A DNA stretch of 64,000 bases. Source: Clostridia bacterium. Its GTDB lineage: Bacteria > Bacillota > Clostridia > Oscillospirales > CAG-272. The stretch spans positions 5,444 through 69,443 of the forward strand of contig JAFQPI010000036.1 in assembly GCA_017411805.1 (NCBI GenBank), read 5' to 3'. The position numbers and the translations under genes are program-made. Every line of letters starts with the position of its first letter. The stretch's first letter is position 1. The notes under the pieces were generated by a model, which did not search any database, had not been told where the DNA came from, and saw only the letters and a list, made by a program, of their open reading frames with translations. Shown in pieces: positions 54,522 through 63,291 of the stretch.

Positions 54522-55645
54522 TATTTTGCAGTCTCCTTTCTCTCATTTTTGCGGAAATGAATCTGATAGTTAACGAAGAATTCACTGCTGACGATAAAGA
54601 GGATCATAATACCCGTCAGTACCTCACCGACGCTCGAGTTAAGACCGAGATTCGATGCGATCTCGCCCGCGCCCTTCTGCAGGAAGCAGACGAGGATCGA
54701 GGAAAAGATCATTGTTATAGGATTGAACTTGGACATCCAGGAAACCATGATCGCGGTAAAGCCGTTACCGCCGACCGCGTTTGAAGTGATAGAATGGTCT
54801 GTACCGCATGCAAGTATCCATCCCATTACGCCGCAGAGCGCTCCGGAGATGATAACGGTTCGGATAATAACATTTTTTACGTTGATACCGATATATCTCG
54901 CAGTATTCTCGCTTTCTCCGACGACCGCTATCTCATATCCCTGTTTACTCTTCTTGAGGTAAATATGAACTACAACGGTAAGGAGAGCAACGATAAGAAT
55001 ATTGAGCAAATATTTCTGTCCGAGGATCGAGGGGAACCATCCGTTCTTTCCTTCGGAGTTCACAAGACCGAGAACCATTGAACCGCTGGGTACCCAGAAC
55101 ATGATAAGAAGCGAAACGAGCTGTGCCGCAACGTAGTTCATCATGAGTGTAAATAGTGTTTCGTTCGTGTTCCAGATAGCCTTGAAGAATCCGGGTATTC
55201 CCGCCCAGACCGAGCCTGCAATAACGCTCGCAAAAAAGGAAATAACGATCAAAAGCCAAGAAGGAACAGAGTCACCGATATAAAACATACAGGTTATGCT
55301 GGCAAGCATACCGACGAGTACCTGACCCTCGGCACCCGTATTCCAGAAACGCATTTTGAATGCGGGCGTGACGGCAAGCGAGATACCGAGAAGGATTGCC
55401 GATGCCTGAAGGAGGTTCCATATCTTTCTGGGAGTTCCGAAGCTTCCGTCAAACATTGCCTTGAAGACCTTGAGAGGATTTTCGCTTGTCAGAAGTACTG
55501 TCACTAAGGCGCAGAAAAGAACGCCTACTAAAATTACGGCAGCCTTTATCAGCATAGCCTTAAGCTTGGGCATTTCTCCGCGCTTGGTAATATAAACAAG
55601 CGGGTCTTTGTGTGTCTTATGCTTATTATTCTGCATTTTCTGCAT
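54521..55645 (-). CDS. ABC transporter permease (BMP/nucleoside-type, first permease)
   Basis: 374 aa polytopic protein. It overlaps the ATPase gene end by 20 nt. Confidence 0.85.
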   Translation of the reverse strand: MQKMQNNKHKTHKDPLVYITKRGEMPKLKAMLIKAAVILVGVLFCALVTVLLTSENPLKVFKAMFDGSFGTPRKIWNLLQASAILLGISLAVTPAFKMRFWNTGAEGQVLVGMLASITCMFYIGDSVPSWLLIVISFFASVIAGSVWAGIPGFFKAIWNTNETLFTLMMNYVAAQLVSLLIMFWVPSGSMVLGLVNSEGKNGWFPSILGQKYLLNILIVALLTVVVHIYLKKSKQGYEIAVVGESENTARYIGINVKNVIIRTVIISGALCGVMGWILACGTDHSITSNAVGGNGFTAIMVSWMSKFNPITMIFSSILVCFLQKGAGEIASNLGLNSSVGEVLTGIMILFIVSSEFFVNYQIHFRKNERKETAK

Positions 55646-57170
55646 CCTCCTCTCTGTCAGTTTTTGTCATAAGATAGCCGACCTCATTCTTTGTTGCGGT
55701 GCGAGCGTCAAGAACACCCGTAATACGTCCGCTTCCTATAACGAGAATTCTGTCGCAAAGATCGAGAAGTACGTCAAGGTCCTCGCCGACAAAAATAACG
55801 GCAACGCCCTTCTTCTTCTGATCGTTGAGAAGATCGTATATCAAATAAGACGAGTTGATATCAAGTCCTCTTACGGGGTACGCAGCCATAAGGAGCGTGG
55901 GGGACGACGAGATCTCACGTCCAAGCAGGATCTTCTGTACGTTACCGCCCGAAAGACGGCGAACGGGAATATCGGCATCGGGTGTGGCGACCTCGAGATC
56001 CTTGATGATCTTATGCGCCAACTCTTCGGGGCCGTGTCTTTCAACGAAGACTGAATGTCCCCTTCTATAGCTTCGGAGCATCATATTGTCAACGACGCTC
56101 ATATTTCCGACAAGACCCATTCCGAGTCTGTCCTCGGGAACGAAGGAAAGTCTTACGCCGAGCTCACGAATCTCCATGGGAGTTTTATCGCGGAGATTTT
56201 CAGCCTTGCCGTTTTTGGGATTATGATAAATGATGGATCCGCCGTCAAGCTTCTGAAGTCCCGCTATAGCCTCAAGAAGCTCACGCTGACCGCTTCCGGC
56301 AATTCCCGCAATACCCAGGATCTCGCCGGAGCGAGCAACGAAGCTTACGTCGTCAAGAAGCTTTACGCCCTCTCGGCTCATGCAGTCGATGTGTTCGACA
56401 ACGAGTCTGTCCTGCGGATCTACGGGCTCAGGACGGTCGATATTGAGCTCGACCTTCTTACCAACCATCATTTCGGTAAGAATATTTTCGTCCGCATCCT
56501 TAGTCGCAATTGTTCCAACGTACTCTCCGTGACGAAGAACCGCTACCTTGTCGGATAGATCAAGCACCTCGTGAAGCTTATGAGTGATTATGATAATTGC
56601 CTTACCGTCGTCTCTCATTCGGCGGAGGATATCAAAAAGCTTACGAGTCTCCTGAGGGGTGAGAACGGCTGTAGGCTCATCGAGTATCAGAATATCCGCG
56701 CCTCGGTAAAGCACCTTGATGATCTCAACCGTCTGCTTTTCAGAAACAGACATCTCATAGATCTTTTTCGCGGGATCTATTTCAAATCCGTATTTCGAGC
56801 TGATCTCAGAGACCTTGCCCGAAACCGCCTTTATATCAAATTTTCCCTTTTCATCAAGACCGAGAATGATATTTTCTGCCGCGGTAAACAGATCAACAAG
56901 CTTGAAATGCTGATGGATCATACCGATCTTGTAATTGAATGCATCGTGCGGAGAATTAATGGAAACAGCCTCGCCACCGATAATGATCTGTCCTTCATCG
57001 GGGTGATAGATTCCCGAGATCATGTTCATAAGCGTTGTTTTTCCGCTTCCGTTTTCTCCGAGCAGAGAGAGTATCTCGCCGCTGCAAACCGTCAAATTAA
57101 CGTCCTTGTTAGCAACAACGTTGCCGAATCTTTTGGTTATGCCGCGGAGTTCGATTGCTACGTTACTCAT
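55626..57170 (-). CDS. ABC transporter ATP-binding protein with two fused ABC domains
   Basis: 514 aa. Walker A GENGSGKTT and GIAGSGQ, signature LSGGNVQK, Walker B ILILDEP. Confidence 0.9.
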   Translation of the reverse strand: MSNVAIELRGITKRFGNVVANKDVNLTVCSGEILSLLGENGSGKTTLMNMISGIYHPDEGQIIIGGEAVSINSPHDAFNYKIGMIHQHFKLVDLFTAAENIILGLDEKGKFDIKAVSGKVSEISSKYGFEIDPAKKIYEMSVSEKQTVEIIKVLYRGADILILDEPTAVLTPQETRKLFDILRRMRDDGKAIIIITHKLHEVLDLSDKVAVLRHGEYVGTIATKDADENILTEMMVGKKVELNIDRPEPVDPQDRLVVEHIDCMSREGVKLLDDVSFVARSGEILGIAGIAGSGQRELLEAIAGLQKLDGGSIIYHNPKNGKAENLRDKTPMEIRELGVRLSFVPEDRLGMGLVGNMSVVDNMMLRSYRRGHSVFVERHGPEELAHKIIKDLEVATPDADIPVRRLSGGNVQKILLGREISSSPTLLMAAYPVRGLDINSSYLIYDLLNDQKKKGVAVIFVGEDLDVLLDLCDRILVIGSGRITGVLDARTATKNEVGYLMTKTDREEDAENAE

Positions 57171-57261
57171 ACCGTATCTTCCCTTTCTTATCCGTGAATT
57201 CCGAAACTATCATCCCAAAGCAGAATTTCATTCTGCCCTCGCATGATAAATCCGAATAGAA

Positions 57262-57298
57262 AAACGCCCATGGGGGATGCCGATAAATCGGCATCCCC
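57262..57298 (-). other. intercistronic stem-loop between the binding-protein gene and the ATPase gene (partial terminator or mRNA stabiliser)
   Basis: GGGGATGCCGA (57273-57283) pairs with TCGGCATCCCC (57288-57298). On the reverse strand a UUUUU run follows 8 nt later. Confidence 0.5.
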
Positions 57299-57319
57299 AA
57301 TAGGCTTTAAGAATGTATT

Positions 57320-58522
57320 TTACTGTTTAGCTTCGATTCCGTCGATGATGAGATCGAAGTAAGGAGCGGAACGGAATCCATCAGCGGACTCGTTGAAGTA
57401 ACCGTCCGTGATAACCTCGGTATCGGGAGTGAAGTTAGCATCGGAGTCAACGTCTGCCTTGTAGGAATCGAGCTTTGCACCATTTACAGTGAACTTGGAG
57501 GTATCGAATACCTTGAGAGTACCTGCCTTGAAAGCTGCGATAGCTGCATCGATAGCTTCCTGAGTGCCGGGAGCTGCAACCTTGGAGTTGAGCTCGGTAA
57601 GCTGTACGGAGCCTTCCTCAATACCGCCGCACCAGTCGTAGGGGATATCAGCGCCCTTGCCTTCCATGGTCTTGGTGATGATCAGCTGCATGTAGGGCTG
57701 CCAGTTGATCTTGGAAGAAATGAGAGCGGTGTTGGGAGCGATGCTGATGGTGCTGATATTGTAAGCAACGTTGGGAACGCCTGCATCCTCGCATGCCTTG
57801 GGAGCACCCTCGGAGTCAGCGTGCTGAGAAATGAGTACGCAACCGTCATTGATGAGCTTCTCTGCTGCGCTCTTCTCAAGAGCGATATCAAACCAAGAGT
57901 TGGTGTATTCAACCTTCATGGTAGCGGTGGGGCATACGGAGCGAGCACCGAGGAAGAAGGATGTGTATCCGGACTTAACCTCTGCGTAGGCCCATGCGCC
58001 AACGTAACCGATAACAGCCTTATCAGCGGTGATCTTGCCTTCGGAGATCATCTGGTTGAGCTTCATACCTGCAGCGATACCTGCAAGGTAACGGCCTTCA
58101 TAAATGGAAGCAAATGCATTGTGGAAGTTGGGGAGCTTTTCAGTGTGCGCCTTTGTACCGGTAGCGTGGCAGAACTGAACATCCGGAAATTCCTTAGCTG
58201 CCTGGATCATGAAATCCTCATGGCCGAAAGAATCAGCGAAAACGAGGTCACAGCCGGCATCAACGAGCTCGCAAGCTGCGTCGTAGCACTCGGATCCCTC
58301 GGGGATGTTAACCTTCATAATGATCTGGCTTTCGGTGAGACCGAGAGCTGCACATGCAGCGTTAGCAGCATCGATGAAGTTCTTGTCATAGGTGGAGTTC
58401 TCATCATGCAGGAAAATGAAGCCGACCTTGAAGTCGTCTTTTGCATCTCCGCAAGAAGCGAACGCGGTGGTGAGAGTAAGGAGCATCAGAACTGCGAGAA
58501 TAAGCGACAGTACTTTTTTCAT
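57320..58522 (-). CDS. BMP-family (PnrA/Med-like) ABC substrate-binding lipoprotein, probable nucleoside binding
   Basis: 400 aa from the ATG at 58522 (GGAGGAAACC RBS). Lipobox TAFASC. BMP-family layout. Confidence 0.85.
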   Translation of the reverse strand: MKKVLSLILAVLMLLTLTTAFASCGDAKDDFKVGFIFLHDENSTYDKNFIDAANAACAALGLTESQIIMKVNIPEGSECYDAACELVDAGCDLVFADSFGHEDFMIQAAKEFPDVQFCHATGTKAHTEKLPNFHNAFASIYEGRYLAGIAAGMKLNQMISEGKITADKAVIGYVGAWAYAEVKSGYTSFFLGARSVCPTATMKVEYTNSWFDIALEKSAAEKLINDGCVLISQHADSEGAPKACEDAGVPNVAYNISTISIAPNTALISSKINWQPYMQLIITKTMEGKGADIPYDWCGGIEEGSVQLTELNSKVAAPGTQEAIDAAIAAFKAGTLKVFDTSKFTVNGAKLDSYKADVDSDANFTPDTEVITDGYFNESADGFRSAPYFDLIIDGIEAKQ

Positions 58523-58572
58523 GGTTTCCTCCATAAATAATAATGAAAATTTATTCACAGCACTTCGTGCCG

Positions 58573-58712
58573 AAATACAAAATCGGGAGACGGCTGGTCC
58601 GACACGTCTCCCGAAAAAACACTTATGGTGTATTGAATGGGGGGCTTATAGTCGGATAATTTACGGTTTCCGGTAGAGACTTTCTGACCTTATTACAGAT
58701 GATATATAAGCG
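58573..58712 (-). promoter_or_regulatory. purine riboswitch, guanine/hypoxanthine class (C at the specificity position), with an intrinsic terminator as expression platform
   Basis: The reverse-strand aptamer (58710-58645) reads CUUAUAUAUCAUCUGUAAUAAGGUCAGAAAGUCUCUACCGGAAACCGUAAAUUAUCCGACUAUAAG. This aligns with the B. subtilis xpt aptamer (P1 CUUAUA/UAUAAG, UCUACC, CCGUAAAU, CCGACUAU). The terminator is CGGGAGACG...CGUCUCCCG (58613-58584) followed by AUUUUGUAUUU. Confidence 0.85.
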
Positions 58713-58753
58713 AATATTAGCAAAGCATGTCCAAAGAAGAACAATACGAATAT

Positions 58754-58782
58754 ATTATATCAATTTTATCTCTTTTTGTCAA
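58754..58782 (-). promoter_or_regulatory. sigma-A-type promoter driving the riboswitch-transporter operon (TTGACA-17-TGaTATAAT)
   Basis: On the reverse strand, -35 is at 58782-58777 and -10 at 58759-58754. Confidence 0.7.
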
Positions 58783-58852
58783 CAGATTTTTTCACAAAAT
58801 ATTGCTTTTTAAGTCAAAAAGATATAACATATTACACAAAACCAAGCTTTTG

Positions 58853-61219
58853 TCAGCCCGACGTTACGCCAAAAACGCATTTATATGCTCCCTCTCCCGT
58901 ATACACTTCCGATCCGTTTTCAAACGCTTTTGCAATTGATGAGAGGGGATGTGCCAGATATTCGAGTTGAGTTTTATCAAAAACTACGTATTCTTTTTCC
59001 GTGTTCAGCGGAATGTCAAATACGTTTTTCGCAACAGGTCCGTGCGCCCCGAAGAAAAGCATATCGCTCTCCTCTGCCGCTTTGCGTAATTTTTCTTCAT
59101 ATTCATCGGAAGCATCCCATGATGACGCGGATAAGTACGTAAACGATCCCTCATTATCCGAAAAGGTCAGATAGAGTATTGGATGTGCGGAACGGTCGAT
59201 ACGTGTAATCCCGGACATGAGCATTTCGGTATCGCCCACAAGTCTGAATTTCTCGTCCGGCGAGATGATCTCGCATGCCACTCCGGAAGATTGGACGGTA
59301 TCTGCCAATTGAGCCATTATCCACGCATCGGTATCTGTCTCGGGATATGGCAAGATCACGCGTCTCACTCTTTCGCTCGCAATAAATCTGGAAACCGATG
59401 AAAGATGCCTTGTATGATAATGTGTAAGAACAAGCGTATCATATTCCGTAACGCCTTCCTCGTGCGCGATCATAGAAATATGATTAAAGCGAGTGAGCGA
59501 GCCGTCCGAAATATCTATGATAGCGGTTTCTCCGTCATACCGAGCCAGAATCATCTCGTCGCCTTTAAGTGAAACGAACGTCAGCTCTGTATTCCCCGGC
59601 AGCGACGAAAGCACCGAGATAGTTATAGCTAAAATAACCAACGGATACAGAGCAGGCAGGATCAAGAGAAGATGCTTTCGCTTGATCTTGATTACCAACG
59701 CAATCAGAATGATTACGGTAAATGCAATGATTATTTTTCTCGCCTCATCGGAAGATAAGGAAACGAGAGCATTACGTTCCTCCGAAAGACTTGATGCAAG
59801 ATCGATCATTCCGCGAGCCAACCTGACGATCACCCATTCAACTGCTTCGCCCAGATAAGGAATATCTCCAACAAAGATAAACAAGAGAGACGAAGCGAGA
59901 AGAGGTGCCGCTACCAGCGAAGACATTAAATTTGATTTGAAACCGAGCACCGAAGCCTCACCGAAGAAAAATCCCGTCGGCAAGAGCGTCAGTGAAAGCG
60001 CGGCGGCGACACTCATCAAAGTTCCGAAAACAAACGAAATGATCTTTTTCGTTATCACCAACCATTTGGGCGCATTCTGTTCTACCTCATTGTATTTAAA
60101 GATTCTCTTCTTAAAGAGCTTATCCAGTAAGTCGCCGAACGAAGGCATAAAGCTGACGATTCCGAGCGTTGCGCAAAACGAGAGGATAAAGCTCCTGTCA
60201 AATACGGCGGTAGGGCTCACAAACACTATCATCATCGCTGCAATGCCGAGAGCATTTAAAGAATCCGAAACATCGCCCATGGAATACGCAAGAAAAACCG
60301 TCAGAAGCATAATAACCGCTCTGATCGCACTGACGGGAAAGCCAAGAAGGCAAAGATATCCGACGGAAAACAGGGTAATCAACAGATTTCTTGCTGAGCG
60401 TCTGATCCTTAATTTTGAGAGAAGAAATGATACGATTCCGGTTATTATCGAAACGTGCAAGCCGCTTACCGCAAGATAATGAGACAGACCCGATCTTGAA
60501 AAATCGCGGTAGGTTTCATTAGTTAATGCAGATTTGTCGCCGAGAAGCATTGCCGCAACCAGCCTTCCCTCCTCTCCCTTGATATCATTCCTGATCTTTG
60601 CGCTGAGATAGGAATTCAAGCTGTCCGCTCTGTCTTTGAGAGAAAGGTTATTTTCTGAAAGGATCGCATAATCTTCGGCTTCAATGGAATTGACCGAAAG
60701 AAAAATTCCGTCTGCAATAAGGGAAGTCGCCTCATCGTCTTCAAGATCCGCTACAAATATGACCTCGGAATTGCGCAGCACAAATTCATACCCTTTCTGC
60801 AGCTCCGAGGTATATTCGCAATTCAGCTTGGCCTTCCTATCACATTCGGCTCCATTGATCGAATGAACACGGACGATAAAAGTTGAATAATGATCATCGC
60901 TTGAAAGACGCTTGATCACGGTGCCGTGAAGATACCTTTCGCTTCCGCAAAGCTCAAGCAGATCGGGCTCGATCCTGTAAAAAACGTAAAGTCCGCGCAG
61001 AAGAGACGCGCTGAACACGGCTATCAGTAACAGAATAACGAATAATCTGTAGGGCTTGATACGTCCACGCAATGAAAAGACAATAGATATGACAGCAAGA
61101 ATGACGCCGAGCACAAGTAAAGCGACGTTCACCTGCAATATACAAAAAGCGGCGGCGAGGATGGCTGTGACCGCCAGAACTCCCGCCGCAATTCCCGGTC
61201 TTCCACCGAAAATATTCAT
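58853..61219 (-). CDS. comEC: DNA internalization-related competence protein ComEC/Rec2
   Basis: 788 aa. N-terminal TM/OB region, competence domain (SGLSHYLAVSGLHV), and a C-terminal metallo-beta-lactamase domain (LTHYHTRH). Confidence 0.9.
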   Translation of the reverse strand: MNIFGGRPGIAAGVLAVTAILAAAFCILQVNVALLVLGVILAVISIVFSLRGRIKPYRLFVILLLIAVFSASLLRGLYVFYRIEPDLLELCGSERYLHGTVIKRLSSDDHYSTFIVRVHSINGAECDRKAKLNCEYTSELQKGYEFVLRNSEVIFVADLEDDEATSLIADGIFLSVNSIEAEDYAILSENNLSLKDRADSLNSYLSAKIRNDIKGEEGRLVAAMLLGDKSALTNETYRDFSRSGLSHYLAVSGLHVSIITGIVSFLLSKLRIRRSARNLLITLFSVGYLCLLGFPVSAIRAVIMLLTVFLAYSMGDVSDSLNALGIAAMMIVFVSPTAVFDRSFILSFCATLGIVSFMPSFGDLLDKLFKKRIFKYNEVEQNAPKWLVITKKIISFVFGTLMSVAAALSLTLLPTGFFFGEASVLGFKSNLMSSLVAAPLLASSLLFIFVGDIPYLGEAVEWVIVRLARGMIDLASSLSEERNALVSLSSDEARKIIIAFTVIILIALVIKIKRKHLLLILPALYPLVILAITISVLSSLPGNTELTFVSLKGDEMILARYDGETAIIDISDGSLTRFNHISMIAHEEGVTEYDTLVLTHYHTRHLSSVSRFIASERVRRVILPYPETDTDAWIMAQLADTVQSSGVACEIISPDEKFRLVGDTEMLMSGITRIDRSAHPILYLTFSDNEGSFTYLSASSWDASDEYEEKLRKAAEESDMLFFGAHGPVAKNVFDIPLNTEKEYVVFDKTQLEYLAHPLSSIAKAFENGSEVYTGEGAYKCVFGVTSG

Positions 61220-61241
61220 AAATCACCTAAAATGAAAAAAT

Positions 61242-62123
61242 TCATACTTCCTCTGCGTCGTACTTTTTAAAGCCTTGACCAAAAACGGAAGTTGCGTTTG
61301 TAACGATCATAAATGCTCTATCGTCGACCTGCTTTACCACGTCGCGCGCCTGCGGAAGAAGCTTGGCTCTCATAACGACCATCAAAACCTCGAACTCATT
61401 TCCCGTGTAAGCACCGTTGCCGTGAACGAATGTGGCGCCAACGTCCACTTCTTTCATAAGCCTTGAGGCGATCTCGCTGTTTTTCTTGCTGATAACGTAG
61501 ATCATTCTCGCGCTGTCACCGCCATACAGTACCTTATTCATTATCATGCTTTGAAGCATCAGAGCTATGCCCGCATATATCATCAGCTCAATATTACCGA
61601 AAACGATACCGGACATAACGCAAACGCATCCGTCCACGAAGCTGAAAACGAATCCCGTGGGCATATGACGCCATTTTGTGCGCAGCAGCTTAACGATTAC
61701 GTCGGTGCCGCCCGTGGTGGCGCCCGTTCTGAAAACGAGACCTACTCCGGTTCCCACAAGAACCGCTCCTCCAACCGCGGCAAGGAGCAGGTTATCGGTC
61801 AGAGGTCCTATAAGCGCGCCGATCGTATTGACGGCAATTGACGAAACTATTACCGCATATATTGTTGACGCCAGAAACTTGATGCCGAATTTCCAGGTTC
61901 CGATAAGAAGTATCGGTACGTTTATCAAAGCAATAAGTGTACCCGTCGGTATAATATCAATGAATTTCGTAATAATTATCGCGATACCGGAAACGCCTCC
62001 GGGAGCTATACTGTTGGGATCGAGAAAGCAAGCGACGCCGGTTGCAAATATGATCGAACCGAGAGTCAAAGTTATGAGATCTAAGATGATCTTACGAAGT
62101 TTTTTATTATCAATCTTTGCCAT
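61242..62123 (-). CDS. YitT-family membrane protein (with DUF2179 C-terminal domain)
   Basis: 293 aa from the ATG at 62123 (GGAGA RBS). PGGVSGIAII and TTGGTDVI motifs. There is a 22-nt gap to comEC. Confidence 0.8.
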   Translation of the reverse strand: MAKIDNKKLRKIILDLITLTLGSIIFATGVACFLDPNSIAPGGVSGIAIIITKFIDIIPTGTLIALINVPILLIGTWKFGIKFLASTIYAVIVSSIAVNTIGALIGPLTDNLLLAAVGGAVLVGTGVGLVFRTGATTGGTDVIVKLLRTKWRHMPTGFVFSFVDGCVCVMSGIVFGNIELMIYAGIALMLQSMIMNKVLYGGDSARMIYVISKKNSEIASRLMKEVDVGATFVHGNGAYTGNEFEVLMVVMRAKLLPQARDVVKQVDDRAFMIVTNATSVFGQGFKKYDAEEV

Positions 62124-62220
62124 ATTAAGTCTCCAAATTTTATCTCTATTTATTTTACCACGAAGTAGAAAAATAATCAACTCAATTTTTGAAAAAACTC
62201 GTCATTATTGGAAAAAAGTC

Positions 62221-62249
62221 TTGAAGAGGATCGAAAAATAGTGTATAAT
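62221..62249 (+). promoter_or_regulatory. sigma-A-type promoter (TTGAAG-17-TATAAT)
   Basis: -35 at 62221-62226 and -10 at 62244-62249. Confidence 0.6.
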
Positions 62250-62271
62250 GTAATAAAAAAGGAGATTATTT

Positions 62272-63249
62272 ATGGCAAGAAAAAGGAAAAGAAATAAAAA
62301 AATAAATCCGGCTGTGATGCTGGTTATTCTGATATTGGTCTTGATCGCTTATATCGTGATGGCTTATTTTGAATCGCTGAACAACGGTGAAAGCACTCAA
62401 GATTCACACGCACCTTCATCGACCTCCGAGACGGTAAGCTCGGGTGAAATCACGGTAAGTTCGGGCGAGCTTGGCGAGGTCGAATATCACTTTATTGACG
62501 TATGTCAGGGCGATGCGACGTTGATACGGACTCCCGAAGGAGACATACTAATCGACACGGGTGAGAACAGCGCAGAGGAAGATCTGAAGAATTACCTCGA
62601 CATTTGCGGTGTTGACGTGCTTCAATATGCGGTATTCACTCATCCCGATTCCGACCATATAGGCGGCGCGGATATGGTGCTTGCGGAATACGAGGTACTG
62701 AACGTTATCAAGCCCGATTTTGAAAAGGATACGCAGGTTTACAAGCGTATGATGGAAGGAATTGAGGCGGAGGGGTGCAAGGTCTACAATGCTCTTCCGG
62801 GTGAGACCTATTCTCTCGGTGAGTTTGATATGTTCGTTCTCGGTCCCGATCCCGAATCACAATCCAAATTCGGCATCAAGCTCGATTCAAACAACTCATC
62901 CATCGTCATCCGCGCAACTTGGGGCAGTACGACCGCTCTTCTCACAGGCGACGCTGAAGAACCCGAGGAAAAATCAATAATGATGACTTACACCGCCGCC
63001 GATCTCGGCTCGATGCTTCTCAAGGTAGGGCATCACGGTTCAAGAACCTCGTCAACCGAAGGATGGCTTGCTGCAGTCAATCCCAAGATCGCGGTCATAT
63101 CCTGCGGTCTTGATAACAAATACGGTCATCCGCATGCCGAAGTACTTGCCAAGCTTGAAGCTTACGTCGGAGACAAAATATACCGAACGGATAAGCTCGG
63201 AAACATTGTCTTTGTGACGGATGGAAAAGCATTTACTTATCAGGAATAA
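62272..63249 (+). CDS. membrane-anchored MBL-fold metallo-hydrolase (ComEC C-terminal-domain-like)
   Basis: 325 aa. N-terminal TM, HFIDVCQGDATLI, FTHPDSDHIGG (HxHxDH-type), KVGHHGS. Confidence 0.85.
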   Translation: MARKRKRNKKINPAVMLVILILVLIAYIVMAYFESLNNGESTQDSHAPSSTSETVSSGEITVSSGELGEVEYHFIDVCQGDATLIRTPEGDILIDTGENSAEEDLKNYLDICGVDVLQYAVFTHPDSDHIGGADMVLAEYEVLNVIKPDFEKDTQVYKRMMEGIEAEGCKVYNALPGETYSLGEFDMFVLGPDPESQSKFGIKLDSNNSSIVIRATWGSTTALLTGDAEEPEEKSIMMTYTAADLGSMLLKVGHHGSRTSSTEGWLAAVNPKIAVISCGLDNKYGHPHAEVLAKLEAYVGDKIYRTDKLGNIVFVTDGKAFTYQE

Positions 63250-63252
63250 ACT

Positions 63253-63280
63253 AAGCCCCTCCGAATTGGAGGGGCTTTTA
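63253..63280. terminator. bidirectional terminator
   Basis: AAGCCCCTCC (63253-63262), GAATT loop, GGAGGGGCTT (63268-63277). Confidence 0.75.
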
Positions 63281-63291
63281 GTAATAACTTA

